24,000 nt of DNA from Paralcaligenes ureilyticus (GCF_004346225.1 NZ_SMAJ01000002.1:403417-427416), one strand, 5' to 3'; shown: positions 1-9,956, counted from the stretch's first letter. The notes: generated from the sequence alone by a model not told the origin. Made by a program: numbers and translations.

Positions 1-730
1 CGATAGCGCAAGTGATGCGCGCCTTGGAACCCGACAAAGTGCTCTTGACCGGACTCTCGGCTTTGACGCTCGCCATAAATTCGGGTGTCTCATCAAGTCC
101 CTGGCGGATCCAATACCCGAACGGCACGACGACCAAACCAAGGATGAAAGGCAGTCGCCAGGCCCAGCTTGTGATTTGTTCCGGACTGAAGTGCGAGTTG
201 AGCCCCAGACTGACCAAGCCGGCCAGCCCAGTTGCGAGGCCGATTCCGACCACCTGATAGCTGGCGAAGTAACCGCGCATATGCTTCGGTGCATGCTCGG
301 TCACGAATGCCACGGAGGTGCCGAATTCACCTCCGGCCGAAAAGCCTTGAATGAACTTGCCAAGCACCACCGTGATCGCACCGAATATGCCCCATGATGC
401 ATAGGACGGCGCAAAGGCAATGATTCCCGTGCCGACGCCCATTGCCCAGATCGTCAGTATCATCCCGGCCTTGCGTCCATGCCTGTCCGAGTAGCTGCCG
501 ATAAGAATAGCGCCCAGCGGCCGCACAAAATAGCTGATGCCAAACGTGGCCAGCGTTATCAGCAAGGAGGTGTAAGGATCATCGGTAGGGAAAAAGATAT
601 TTGAAATGTAAACGGCCAAAAAGCCGAACATGAACAAGTCGTAAAACTCAAGCATGTTGCCTACGAGCGCCGACGCAATGATCCTTCTGAAATAACGTCT
701 TTTCTCTGGCGTCAATTCTGTCGCTGACAT
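1..730 (-). CDS. MFS transporter, metabolite:H+ symporter (MHS) family, 3' end outside window
   Basis: Reverse-strand translation from ATG at 730 reads MSATELTPEKRRYFRRIIASALVGNMLEFYDLFMFGFLAVYISNIFFP...GSYSDRHGRKAGMILTIWAMGVGTGIIAFAPSY...GKFIQGFSAGGEFGTSVAFVTEHAP. This carries the MFS loop motif (SDRHGRK) and the MHS-like 'E(F/W)YD' and 'GFSAGGEFGT' motifs. GGAG-like RBS upstream. Confidence 0.9.
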   Translation of the reverse strand, partial: MSATELTPEKRRYFRRIIASALVGNMLEFYDLFMFGFLAVYISNIFFPTDDPYTSLLITLATFGISYFVRPLGAILIGSYSDRHGRKAGMILTIWAMGVGTGIIAFAPSYASWGIFGAITVVLGKFIQGFSAGGEFGTSVAFVTEHAPKHMRGYFASYQVVGIGLATGLAGLVSLGLNSHFSPEQITSWAWRLPFILGLVVVPFGYWIRQGLDETPEFMASVKAESPVKSTLSGSKARITCAI

Positions 731-832
731 GGTGTTGTCTCCTTATAATTACATTTTTAAATTACCCGGCACTCGTCGTTGCGGGGCCGATAAATCAGTA
801 CAACCGTTTCGCGTTGCAGCCTTCGGCCCCGG

Positions 833-2110
833 CTACTGTGCCGGAAGGTTCAGGAAGTCAAGCGCGGTCAGCGCAAAAACCTTGGCCAGAGCACGCAGTT
901 CGTCCACATCGACGTGCTCGTCGGCGCTGCCCATGTTGTACGAAGTCAGGCCGCATACGACGGCCGGCACTCCGGCGTACCGATAGAGTCGCGCGTCCGA
1001 TGCGCCGACGCGCATGTTCACGGCCGGCGTAGTCTCAAGCACCGCTTCGCAGTTCGAGACCAGTGAACGAATCACCGGATGCTGCGGGTCCGTCCAGTTC
1101 GGTTCGTATCGGCGCGCAACATTCACGCTCACACCCGAATGCCGGGCGACTATTTCACGCACCCTGGCTTCGATCGCTACGGCGGCAACACCGACCGGTA
1201 TGCGGACATCAGCGGTCGCCTCCGCCTGATCCGCAACCAGGTTCGAAAGCGTGCCGCCTCTAATGGTCCCAAAGGTGACCGTGACGTTCTTGAGCACCTC
1301 CGATTCGCCTGCACCGGAACTCGCTTCCGACACAACGCTCGAGGCGTCGATCGACGCGACCACTTCGGGAATGGCTTGGACCGGAAAATCCCGTAGTGAT
1401 TTCAGCTCGTTGACGACGTCAATCAGCTTTTCGATTGCACTATCCCCGCGATGCACGTGCGCGGCATGGGCAGACTTTCCTTCCGCCAACAGGCTAAGCC
1501 ACACCATGCCCTTTTCTCCAAAGCGCAGCACATAGGGCGATCCGGTATCGGCGCTAATCATCGCGTCACCGCGTGCATGCGGCACGTTCTCCAGCAGCCA
1601 CTGCGTGCCCTCGGTGCCCATGCTCTCCTCATCGCCCACGAATGTGGCAACCACTTCCCCGTGGAAAAGATCGCGATGACCCGCCAGGAAGCGCATGGCC
1701 GTCAGGATGGCGGCGATACCGCCTTTCATGTCCGAGACTCCCAGGCCATAGAGCCTGCCATTGCGTTCTTCTCCGGCGGGATCGGCCGTCCAGCGAGAGG
1801 CGTTGACGAGGGGAAAGGTATCCATGTGCCCGTTAAAAACCAGTCGACGTCCGGGGCGATTTCCGCGCAGGCGCAACACCAGATTGGTGACATGCGGCAA
1901 AGTGCAGTAACGCTCTACTTCGATTTCAGGGACATCCGCGATGGCTTGGGCCACAGCGTCGGCCATCAGATGGGTATCGCCAGGTGGATAAGCGCTCGGC
2001 ACGCCAACCAGGTGACGTGCGAGCGCCGCCACGTCATTGCCTGCCGCGTCAAACCATGCCATGGGGTTGCCGGTCTGTGCTGTAGTAAGGGAAGAGCTTG
2101 TAAGATACAT
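833..2110 (-). CDS. M20 family metallopeptidase (ArgE/DapE/ACY1-like)
   Basis: 425 aa ORF with metal-site motifs GRRLVFNGHMDTFP, YGLGVSDMKGGIAAIL and GDEESMGTEGTQWLLE; typical M20 dimerisation region and C-terminal ...SMGSADEHVDVDEL-like segment. Confidence 0.9.
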   Translation of the reverse strand: MYLTSSSLTTAQTGNPMAWFDAAGNDVAALARHLVGVPSAYPPGDTHLMADAVAQAIADVPEIEVERYCTLPHVTNLVLRLRGNRPGRRLVFNGHMDTFPLVNASRWTADPAGEERNGRLYGLGVSDMKGGIAAILTAMRFLAGHRDLFHGEVVATFVGDEESMGTEGTQWLLENVPHARGDAMISADTGSPYVLRFGEKGMVWLSLLAEGKSAHAAHVHRGDSAIEKLIDVVNELKSLRDFPVQAIPEVVASIDASSVVSEASSGAGESEVLKNVTVTFGTIRGGTLSNLVADQAEATADVRIPVGVAAVAIEARVREIVARHSGVSVNVARRYEPNWTDPQHPVIRSLVSNCEAVLETTPAVNMRVGASDARLYRYAGVPAVVCGLTSYNMGSADEHVDVDELRALAKVFALTALDFLNLPAQ

Positions 2111-2201
2111 ATTGTCCTTATCTGTTAACGGCGTACGTGCAATCGAGCCTCTGATGGAAAGTATGGTGGACGCAACGTGACAAGACCAGTTACCAAAGCG
2201 G

Positions 2202-2232
2202 GGTAAGGTATAAGGGCGCCTAATACCTTACC
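2202..2232. repeat. Perfect 10-bp inverted repeat GGTAAGGTAT-N11-ATACCTTACC
   Basis: Direct reading: arms 2202-2211 and 2223-2232, in the divergent intergenic region between the M20 peptidase and ahpC. Confidence 0.7.
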
Positions 2233-2296
2233 GTTCGGGTGCACGGCGATTGCGCTGGCATGACCCAATGGTTCGCCCGGATGGGCTGAAAAAAAT

Positions 2297-2416
2297 GGCA
2301 CCCACAAGGGGTGCCGCTACAAAAACGTTGTCACACACCGGTACAAAAACGTTGCCACGCGGACGGTATCTACAAAAACGTACTCGTCACACGTAGCGGC
2401 AGCCCTTGTGGGTGCC
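2297..2416 (-). repeat. Long variant of the dispersed palindromic (REP-like) element, with an expanded 70-nt loop
   Basis: Left arm GGCACCCACAAGGGGTGCCGCTACA (2297-2321), right arm CGTAGCGGCAGCCCTTGTGGGTGCC (2392-2416). Loop contains TACAAAAACGT three times (2318, 2342, 2371). Confidence 0.85.
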
Positions 2417-2444
2417 AGGCTGGCCCGGTATTCAAGCTCTCTCA

Positions 2445-2481
2445 ATAGCCTAAAACCATTAGTTTTATAGTAACTATCAAT
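2445..2481. promoter_or_regulatory. Putative OxyR-type binding site upstream of ahpC
   Basis: ATAG-cctaaaa-CCAT-tagtttt-ATAG-taactat-CAAT: the four tetranucleotides keep the ATAG-N7-CTAT-N7-ATAG-N7-CTAT spacing of the OxyR consensus; both ATAG intact, each CTAT has one mismatch. Confidence 0.55.
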
Positions 2482-2551
2482 TTTACTTATTACTAGAGAT
2501 CGCCTAAAGTAACACCATCATCTGTTGTTAACCACTGAACAAGGAGTTCTG

Positions 2552-3115
2552 ATGTCTTTAATCAATACCAAAATAAAGCCTTTCAAAGCAACGGCCTTCC
2601 ATAATGGCAAATTCGTCGAAGTCAGCGATACCTCCGTCGCGGGCAAGTGGGCGGTATTCGTTTTCTATCCCGCCGATTTCACCTTTGTATGCCCGACCGA
2701 GCTTGAAGATCTGGCCGATCATTATGCCGAATTCCAGAAGCTCGGCGTCCAGGTGTACAGCGTTTCGACCGACACGCATTTCGCCCATAAGGCCTGGCAC
2801 GACACGTCTGAAGCGATCAAGAAGGTCACCTACCCAATGATCGGCGACCCCACCCAAGTGCTGACGCGCAACTTCGACGTGCTGATCGAAGAAGAGGGTT
2901 TGGCGCTGCGCGGAACCTTTGTGGTCAATCCCGAGGGTGAGATCAAAGTCCTGGAAATCCATGACAACGGCATCGGCCGCGACGCTTCCGAGTTGCTGCG
3001 CAAGGTCAAGGCGGCTCAATATATTGCTGCCCACCCCGGCGAAGTATGCCCGGCCAAATGGGAAGAAGGCGCCAAGACACTGACTCCCTCGCTGGATCTG
3101 GTCGGCAAGATCTGA
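2552..3115 (+). CDS. ahpC: Alkyl hydroperoxide reductase C, 2-Cys peroxiredoxin
   Basis: 187 aa [26 protein letters not shown]...[24 protein letters not shown]...[16 protein letters not shown] at 2552 preceded by AAGGAG; the track start at 2525 is an in-frame TTG and is less likely. Confidence 0.97.
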   Translation: MSLINTKIKPFKATAFHNGKFVEVSDTSVAGKWAVFVFYPADFTFVCPTELEDLADHYAEFQKLGVQVYSVSTDTHFAHKAWHDTSEAIKKVTYPMIGDPTQVLTRNFDVLIEEEGLALRGTFVVNPEGEIKVLEIHDNGIGRDASELLRKVKAAQYIAAHPGEVCPAKWEEGAKTLTPSLDLVGKI

Positions 3116-3196
3116 CCCGGGCACTGCCCAACTGCATGGCTCGCCGCGCTTGTATCCTGGCACGGCGGGCGATCCCTCAACCCAAAGCAAAGCCAA

Positions 3197-3218
3197 AACC
3201 GTGCCCAACGGCACGGTT
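3197..3218. other. Stem-loop in the ahpC-ahpF spacer (AACCGTGCC-CAAC-GGCACGGTT)
   Basis: Perfect 9-bp stem, 4-nt loop, no following T-tract; lies in the 130-bp gap between ahpC and ahpF. Confidence 0.6.
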
Positions 3219-3245
3219 CGCGGACGTTTGCATAACTAAAAGGAC

Positions 3246-4835
3246 ATGACTATGTTGGATGCAAGCCTCAAAGGTCAATTAGGAACGTATCTCGAACGGG
3301 TCACACAGGCCGTCGAATTGCGCGCGTCGCTCGATGACAGCGCGAAGTCGCAAGAGCTGCGCGCTTTCCTCCAGGACATTGCCAGCCTGTCGGACAAGAT
3401 CACGATAGTAGATGACACAACGGACGATCAACGCGTGCCGTCCTTCGCCATTGCCCGTACCGGTACCGATATTTCGGTGCGCTTTGCGGGAATCCCGCTG
3501 GGCCACGAGTTCACCTCGCTGGTGCTCGCGTTGCTGCAGGTAGGCGGCCACCCCCCGAAGCTGGACGAGGCAACCGTCAATCAAGTTCGTAGTCTACCCG
3601 GCGAATATCTGTTCGAAACCTATTTTTCGCTGTCGTGCCAGAATTGCCCGGATGTGGTCCAGGCCTTGAACGCCATGTCGGTCATCAACCCGAAGATTCG
3701 TCACGTGGCGATCGATGGCGCGTTTTTTCAGCAGGAAGTCGAAAATCGCGAAATCCTGTCTGTGCCCGCGGTGTTTCTGAATGGCAAATTGTTCCACCAA
3801 GGCCGTGCCGGCGTCGAAGAATTCCTGGCCCAGCTGGATGCCGGAGACGACACACGCAAGGCGGCAGAGCTTAATGCCCGCGATGAATTCGATGTGCTGG
3901 TCGTCGGCGGCGGCCCGGCAGGCGCGGCGGCGGCGGTCTATGCGGCGCGCAAAGGCATTCGCACCGGCGTCGTCGCCGAACGTTTCGGCGGTCAGGTTCT
4001 CGACACTATGGCCATCGAAAACTACATCTCGGTGTTGGAGACCGAAGGGCCCAAATTCGGTGTCGCGCTCGAGCAGCACGTCAAGGCTTACGAGGTCGAT
4101 ATCATGAACTTGCAGCGCGCCAGCAAGCTGGTGCCGGGCAAGTCCATCCAAATTGAACTGGCCAATGGCGCGACCTTGAAGGCGAAGTCGGTCATTCTAT
4201 CTACCGGTGCACGCTGGCGCGAGATCAACGTACCCGGCGAGCACGAATACCGCAACCGCGGCGTGGCCTATTGCCCGCACTGCGACGGCCCCCTGTTCAA
4301 GGGTAAACAGGTCGCGGTGATCGGCGGAGGCAACTCCGGCGTTGAGGCGGCGATCGATCTGGCAGGCATTGTGAGTCACGTCACCTTGATCGAATTCGGC
4401 GATGCCTTGCGTGCCGACGACATCTTGCAGCGCAAACTGCGCAGCTTGACCAATGTGGCTATTTTGACCTCGGCGCAGACCACGGAAGTCCACGGCGATG
4501 GCAAGCGCGTCACCGGGCTAAGCTACAAGAACCGCAAAGATGGAACGACGCATCAAATCGAACTGGACGGCGTGTTCGTGCAGATCGGCCTGGTGCCCAA
4601 TACCGAATGGCTCAAAGGCGCCCTGGATCTTACGGCTCATGGCGAGATTATCGTTGATGCGCGCGGCCAGACTTCGGTGCCCGGTGTATTTGCGGCCGGG
4701 GATGCGACGACAACGCCCTACAAGCAGATCATCATTGCCGCTGGCGAAGGGGCCAAGGCCGCATTGGGCGCATTCGATTACCTGATCCGTAGCTCGGTCA
4801 GCGACGAAGCGCCGGCGGATGCCAAGGCCGCCTGA
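3246..4835 (+). CDS. ahpF: Alkyl hydroperoxide reductase subunit F (NADH/FAD disulfide reductase)
   Basis: 529 aa; N-terminal double thioredoxin fold with [11 protein letters not shown]-binding [19 protein letters not shown], redox motif YCPHCDG, NAD-binding [18 protein letters not shown]-terminal [16 protein letters not shown]. Confidence 0.97.
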   Translation: MTMLDASLKGQLGTYLERVTQAVELRASLDDSAKSQELRAFLQDIASLSDKITIVDDTTDDQRVPSFAIARTGTDISVRFAGIPLGHEFTSLVLALLQVGGHPPKLDEATVNQVRSLPGEYLFETYFSLSCQNCPDVVQALNAMSVINPKIRHVAIDGAFFQQEVENREILSVPAVFLNGKLFHQGRAGVEEFLAQLDAGDDTRKAAELNARDEFDVLVVGGGPAGAAAAVYAARKGIRTGVVAERFGGQVLDTMAIENYISVLETEGPKFGVALEQHVKAYEVDIMNLQRASKLVPGKSIQIELANGATLKAKSVILSTGARWREINVPGEHEYRNRGVAYCPHCDGPLFKGKQVAVIGGGNSGVEAAIDLAGIVSHVTLIEFGDALRADDILQRKLRSLTNVAILTSAQTTEVHGDGKRVTGLSYKNRKDGTTHQIELDGVFVQIGLVPNTEWLKGALDLTAHGEIIVDARGQTSVPGVFAAGDATTTPYKQIIIAAGEGAKAALGAFDYLIRSSVSDEAPADAKAA

Positions 4836-4852
4836 TTGCCGGATTCGAAAAT

Positions 4853-4921
4853 GGCAGCCACAAGGGCTGCCGCTACAAAAACATGCCCGTAACCCATGTA
4901 GCGGCAGCCCTTGTGGCTGCC
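4853..4921 (-). repeat. Dispersed palindromic (REP-like) element, canonical 69-bp form
   Basis: GGCAGCCACAAGGGCTGCCGCTACA-(19 nt)-TGTAGCGGCAGCCCTTGTGGCTGCC, arms are exact 25-bp reverse complements. Loop is in the opposite orientation to the 11860 and 19845 copies. Confidence 0.95.
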
Positions 4922-5405
4922 ATTCGACGTCTCATCACGGTTCGCGGGGAACTCAAAAACCATACAAAGCGTAACCAGACCTCTCGCTTATTTTGCTTCC
5001 TCACATAAATAGCGACACACGGCAAGGCCAAGTCAAAAAGCACCAGGCCGCACACTAGGCACCCACCACGCTATACGCCGCCAGACAGGCTATCGCTTCG
5101 ATGCCGATTACCCGAGGGAAGCCCGGTGCCGCAGGCTCAACGCCCTGCCCGAGAAACATCGGGAACAACACACGCAGATTAAGGAGTAAGGCTTACAGCC
5201 AATGGTGATCTAAACCATATAGCGCATGCCGACGCTTCCTTTCATCCCTATGATTGACCTCATAGTGCCTGTGTCAAAACGTTAAAGAAGTGTCCACGGA
5301 AATATGAACCGTGCGATGTATTTGTATCGAACCCATACATCGCCTGCTCATCGTGTTCCCTGCGACCCGAAAACAACGAATACGAATCGTCAAGGGGAAA
5401 ACAAA

Positions 5406-5453
5406 ATGCCCAAGCACAACAAGCCTTCCACCCCGATTGTCGCCATCGGATAA
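5406..5453 (+). CDS. Possible 15-aa leader ORF upstream of pgaA (MPKHNKPSTPIVAIG)
   Basis: ATG at 5406 preceded by AAGGGG (5392-5397) with 8-nt spacing; stops 9 nt before the pgaA ATG, which itself lacks an evident Shine-Dalgarno. Confidence 0.35.
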   Translation: MPKHNKPSTPIVAIG

Positions 5454-5462
5454 TGGCCAGCC

Positions 5463-7916
5463 ATGAATACGCCTAGGCGCTATTACTGGGTATTTGCCGC
5501 GATGTTATTGGCAAGCGCACCCTCCATGGCTGCATCGCCAAAATCCTACGACACGCTCATCAACGAAGCCCGCGCCGGGAATTACGAGCCGGCTCTTGCA
5601 ATGCTGCGCGAATACACACAGCAGCATCCATCGGATCGCCGCGCCGCTTACGACCATATCATTGTTGCGCAGTGGGCCGGCAAGAACGACGAGGCGTTGA
5701 ACGTCTATGAAACGCTCGGGCCATCCTCTGCGCAAATGCCGCCGGCCGCCCTGTCGGCCGTTGCGCGCGCCAGCCGCGACACGCGGCGCTGGACTCAGGC
5801 GCTGGCGCTTTATCGCCAAGGCAGGCAGCGTTTCCCACAGGACTCCACATTTGCACTGGGCGAAGTCATGGTTCTGGCCGACTCCGGCGAAACCGACCAG
5901 GCGATGGCGACCGCTCAGAGCCTGGTTGACGCAGAGCCGGCAAACCCCGCCTACCGCCTTGCGCTGCAGTACGTGTATGAAAGTACGCATTCCCCCTACG
6001 ACGCACTGCACGAAGCTGACCGCGCCATCACCCTGGCCCCCAAAAACACCTCGGCAATGCGTGGTTATATTCTGGCATTGCAGCGCGCAGGCCTGCCCGA
6101 GCCGGCCCTGCGCCTGGCACAGAGCCATCCTGCACTTCTGAACGCCGCCGAACTGCGACGGCTGCAGGGTGACTATGCAGCCGAACTGGCGCGCCTGGCC
6201 GACATCCCCACCCGCCAGGAGGCGGAACGGTTTGCAATCGCCGACCGGGCCCTGGCCCAATATGACAAGTTGATTCCCGCCTGGCAGGCGCTGGGGCCCG
6301 ACGCCCACGACGATCTCGTGCGAGCCCGCATCGACCGGCTCAGGGCATTGAGTGCCCGCATGCGCATGAAAGACGTCGTGAGCGAATACGAAGCCCTGCG
6401 TGCCCAGGGTGTCGAGATTCCCGATTACGCTCTGAGCGACGTGGCGACGGCGTATCTTTATTTGCGTCAACCTGAAGCCGCGCGCGATCTCTACCAAAGG
6501 GCGGTGGACAGCCCTGCCAATAAAAACAACAGTGCAAACAAGCAGGTTACCGACGAAACCGGGCTGTTCTATTCATTGATGGAAAGCGGATCGTACGACG
6601 ATGCAAACCGGCAAATGCAAGCAGCGCAAGCTCGCCAAAGCACCTGGCTTTATTTCAAGGGACAGCCCGAGCCCGAACCTAATGAGCAGAAGTTGGCTGC
6701 GGAACAAACCGCGATTTTGGGCCGCTACGATGCCAACGACACCGAGGGTGCGCAACAGCGGCTCGCCCGGCTCGTAACGCTGGCCCCCGCCAATATCGGA
6801 CTGCGCACTTCGCTGGCCGCCGTCGACCGCGGGCGCGACCAGCCGCGCCAGGCCGAGCGGGAGTTGAAAATGGCCGAAACACTGGCTCCGCGCAATCTGG
6901 GCGTAGAGTCGGAACAGGGGTTTACGGCCTTGAGCCTGCAGGAATGGCGCCAGGCGGAACAGCTCAGCCGCGATACGCTGGCGCGCAATCCACAAGACCC
7001 TGGCATCCGGCGTCTGGCACGCGAATGGGAAGTCCATAATAAAGCGGAACTACGGGTATCGGGCTATCGTGATGTGGCATCGAACAGCCCTGTTGCCGGC
7101 AACGGCGATTTCGGATTCGACACCGTGCTGTACTCGGCACCGATCGATTACAACTGGCGCGTATTCGGCGGCGGCGGCTACGCCAGCGGCAACTTCGACG
7201 AAGGACGGGCCAACTACCGCTGGTTGCGCACCGGCGTCGAATGGCGCGGCAGAGACCTTACAGTAGAAGCCGAAGCCTCAACCAACAACTACGGTCACGG
7301 AATCAAGCCGGGCGTACGCCTGACGGGCACATACGACCTGAACGATCATTGGCAGATTGGCGGATCCGCCGAGATCCTGGCGCGAGCCACGCCCTTGCGT
7401 GCATTGATGAACGACATCTCGTCCAACAGCGTGAGCGTCTTTGCGCGCTGGCGGGAAAATGAACAGCGCGAATGGAAAATTGCACTTGCGACGTCGCATT
7501 TCACCGACGGCAACAACCGCTATGAACTGGACATAAGCGGGCGCGAACGGCTCTATACGGCGCCGCGCGTCAAGTTGGATCTGGAAATGAATGTGTCCAC
7601 ATCAGGCAATTCAAAACAAGACACCCCTTATTTCAATCCGCGCTCCGACCTGACCGTGCTGCCCACCCTGAATCTGACCCATGTTCTTTATCAGCACTAC
7701 GACACCGAACTGGAACAAAAGCTCATGCTGGGCGCCGGAACCTATACGCAAAAGGGCTTCGGCACGGGCGCCATCGGGTCTATCGGCTATGGGCTGACCT
7801 ATCGCAGCAATAAGGTGTTTGAGATCGGCGCCAGCGTAACGGCCATCAGCCGTCCGTATGACGGCGTGCGCGAACGTGACATTCAGTTCGTCCTGAACAT
7901 GACCTACCGTTTTTAG
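5463..7916 (+). CDS. pgaA: Poly-beta-1,6-N-acetyl-D-glucosamine export outer-membrane porin PgaA (BpsA-like)
   Basis: 817 aa; signal peptide MNTPRRYYWVFAAMLLASAPSMAA, TPR-rich N-terminal half, C-terminal beta-barrel ending in ...LNMTYRF; first gene of a syntenic pgaABCD operon. Confidence 0.93.
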   Translation: MNTPRRYYWVFAAMLLASAPSMAASPKSYDTLINEARAGNYEPALAMLREYTQQHPSDRRAAYDHIIVAQWAGKNDEALNVYETLGPSSAQMPPAALSAVARASRDTRRWTQALALYRQGRQRFPQDSTFALGEVMVLADSGETDQAMATAQSLVDAEPANPAYRLALQYVYESTHSPYDALHEADRAITLAPKNTSAMRGYILALQRAGLPEPALRLAQSHPALLNAAELRRLQGDYAAELARLADIPTRQEAERFAIADRALAQYDKLIPAWQALGPDAHDDLVRARIDRLRALSARMRMKDVVSEYEALRAQGVEIPDYALSDVATAYLYLRQPEAARDLYQRAVDSPANKNNSANKQVTDETGLFYSLMESGSYDDANRQMQAAQARQSTWLYFKGQPEPEPNEQKLAAEQTAILGRYDANDTEGAQQRLARLVTLAPANIGLRTSLAAVDRGRDQPRQAERELKMAETLAPRNLGVESEQGFTALSLQEWRQAEQLSRDTLARNPQDPGIRRLAREWEVHNKAELRVSGYRDVASNSPVAGNGDFGFDTVLYSAPIDYNWRVFGGGGYASGNFDEGRANYRWLRTGVEWRGRDLTVEAEASTNNYGHGIKPGVRLTGTYDLNDHWQIGGSAEILARATPLRALMNDISSNSVSVFARWRENEQREWKIALATSHFTDGNNRYELDISGRERLYTAPRVKLDLEMNVSTSGNSKQDTPYFNPRSDLTVLPTLNLTHVLYQHYDTELEQKLMLGAGTYTQKGFGTGAIGSIGYGLTYRSNKVFEIGASVTAISRPYDGVRERDIQFVLNMTYRF

Positions 7917-7925
7917 AGAGATACG

Positions 7926-9956
7926 ATGTTTACCCGATATCCATTCGTACGATCTTTGTGGGGCCTTTTATGCGCACTGGCCCTCATAGCCGGCTGCGCA
8001 CGCGACATCCCCGTCTACACGCCGCCCGATCAACGCCCGGTGCAAGCCTCCCAATTACCCTGGCCGGCAAACCAATTCCTGACGCTGGCCTATCACGATA
8101 TCGAAGACAGCGATCCCGACCAGACTTTCGTTGCTGTACGCACCGACCATTTTGTGCAACAGATGGCGTGGCTGCGTGAAAATGGCTATCAACCGGTCTC
8201 GGTCGATCAGATCCTGGCAGCCCGGCAAGGCGGCAAGCCGCTTCCCGCCAAAGCCATATTGCTTACCTTTGACGATGGCTTCAGCAGCTTCTACACACGC
8301 GCATTCCCGATTCTGAAAGCTTACGGATGGCCTTCCGTTCTGGCGCCCGAAGGCGCCTGGATAGATACGCCGGCAAACCAAAAGGAAGATTTCGGCGGTG
8401 TGCCGATCAAGCGTGATCGCATGCTCACCTGGTCGCAGATACGGGAAATGTCGCAATCGGGGCTGGTAGAAATCGGGGCGCACACCGACGCCTTGCATCA
8501 CGGCATGCTGGCCAATCCACAAGGCAATATGGAGCCTGCCGCGACAATTCGCAGCTATAACCCCGAGACCCATCAATATGAAACCGAAGCTGCCTTCAAG
8601 GCTCGGCTCGCGCACGACATAGAACAGATCACACAGAAGGTGCGTCGAGTCACCGGCCGCGCGCCCCGCGTATGGATCTGGCCCTATGGTGAAGCAAGCG
8701 GCACCGCATTGACGATCATCGGCGCCCACGGCTACTCGATGGCGTTCACCCTGGACGATGGCGCAAACACGCTTGATCGGCTGATGAGCAGCCCCCGCCT
8801 GTTGATAACGCCCGACCCGCCCATCCAGGACTTTGCCAGCGCGGTGGCCCGCAGGGCCGATAGCCCCGTCATCCGGGTGGCGCATGTTGATCTCGATCAG
8901 GTCTACGACCCGGATCCCGCACAAACCGAACGCAATCTGGGCAAGCTGGTGCAGCGGATTTCCGATATGCAAATCACCACCGTTTTCCTGCAGGCCTTTG
9001 CCGATCCCGCCGGTGATGGGCTGGTGAAATCGGTGTACTTCCCCACTCACGTCCTTCCGATGCGCGCCGACCTGTTCAATCGGGCCGCCTGGCAGCTGCG
9101 CACACGTGCGCATGTGGAGATCTACGCCTGGATGCCGGTGCTCAGTTTTGATCTGGATGCCAAACTGGCCCGCGTTACCCGCTGGGTTCCGGCCACTGGC
9201 AAGGCCACCGTCGACCCGCGGCAATACCGTCGTTTGTCGCCGTTCGACCCCAATGCGCGCAAACAGATCATTCAACTCTATGAAGACCTGGCTCGTTCGG
9301 CAATCTTTGACGGGATCCTGTACCACGACGACGCCACCTTGTCCGATTTCGAGGATGCCGGGCCTCAAGCATTGGCGGCCTACCGCGCGGCAGGGTTGCC
9401 CGGCACGATCGAAGCGCTGCGCAGCGATCCGGCAACCCTGCAACGCTGGACACGCTTCAAAAGCCGCACCCTGATCGACTTCACCAACACGCTTACCCAA
9501 CATGTGCGCGCCATACGAGGCCCAAGAATTAAAACGGCCCGCAATATCTTCGCCATGCCAATACTGAACCCGAAAAGCGAAGCGTGGTTCGCCCAGAACC
9601 TGGACGATTTCCTGGCCAACTATGACTGGACCGCACCGATGGCCATGCCTTTGATGGAAAATGTTCCCGCCCGCGAAGCCGACGCATGGCTCGATCATCT
9701 GGTCGACACCGTGGCCACCCGCCCCGGCGCTTTGAAGAAAACCGTATTCGAACTGCAAAGCCGCGATTGGCGCGCGCAGCCCGGGAAAATTGATACCGGG
9801 CACATCGACTCGGCCCTGCTTGCTCACTGGATGGAACGCCTGCAGTTGCGCGGAGCAGGCAGCTTTGGCTATTACCCCGACGATTTCGCGCAAAATCAAC
9901 CCAGGCTGGAGATAATCAGGCCGGCGATTTCGACCGCCTGGTACCCGTTCAAATGA
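7926..9956 (+). CDS. pgaB: Poly-beta-1,6-GlcNAc N-deacetylase PgaB (BpsB-like), lipoprotein
   Basis: 676 aa; lipobox-like LIAGCARD, polysaccharide deacetylase motifs LTFDDGF and HTD, C-terminal GH13-like domain (LIFD-type [19 protein letters not shown]-like [19 protein letters not shown]). Confidence 0.95.
   Translation: MFTRYPFVRSLWGLLCALALIAGCARDIPVYTPPDQRPVQASQLPWPANQFLTLAYHDIEDSDPDQTFVAVRTDHFVQQMAWLRENGYQPVSVDQILAARQGGKPLPAKAILLTFDDGFSSFYTRAFPILKAYGWPSVLAPEGAWIDTPANQKEDFGGVPIKRDRMLTWSQIREMSQSGLVEIGAHTDALHHGMLANPQGNMEPAATIRSYNPETHQYETEAAFKARLAHDIEQITQKVRRVTGRAPRVWIWPYGEASGTALTIIGAHGYSMAFTLDDGANTLDRLMSSPRLLITPDPPIQDFASAVARRADSPVIRVAHVDLDQVYDPDPAQTERNLGKLVQRISDMQITTVFLQAFADPAGDGLVKSVYFPTHVLPMRADLFNRAAWQLRTRAHVEIYAWMPVLSFDLDAKLARVTRWVPATGKATVDPRQYRRLSPFDPNARKQIIQLYEDLARSAIFDGILYHDDATLSDFEDAGPQALAAYRAAGLPGTIEALRSDPATLQRWTRFKSRTLIDFTNTLTQHVRAIRGPRIKTARNIFAMPILNPKSEAWFAQNLDDFLANYDWTAPMAMPLMENVPAREADAWLDHLVDTVATRPGALKKTVFELQSRDWRAQPGKIDTGHIDSALLAHWMERLQLRGAGSFGYYPDDFAQNQPRLEIIRPAISTAWYPFK

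Noticed and set aside
1451-2128. 225-codon ORF antisense to the M20 peptidase
   Set aside because: Shadow ORF; the sense strand has the catalytic motifs.
2297-2416. CRISPR-like interpretation of the TACAAAAACGTTG repeats
   Set aside because: Repeats are only 11-13 nt with short unequal gaps, there are no cas genes, and the arms clearly belong to the palindromic element family.
4853-4921. Simple rho-independent terminator after ahpF
   Set aside because: There is no T-tract after the outer stem, and the same 69-bp structure recurs at other loci with a conserved internal loop. A repeat-element explanation fits better, though terminator activity is not excluded.
5105-5170. GAGGGAAGCCCGGTGCC...GCCCTGCCCG resembles part of a cobalamin riboswitch core
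   Set aside because: The downstream CGCAACTG and AAGCCAGGA-like conserved segments are missing and pga genes are not a B12-controlled class. A covariance-model (Rfam cobalamin) scan would settle it.
5505-6497. 330-codon ORF antisense to pgaA
   Set aside because: Shadow ORF of the strongly supported PgaA TPR region.
8055-9899. 614-codon ORF antisense to pgaB
   Set aside because: It mirrors the high-GC codon pattern of the well-supported pgaB gene. The translation has no recognisable fold motifs and no clear RBS; long antisense ORFs are common in high-GC genomes.
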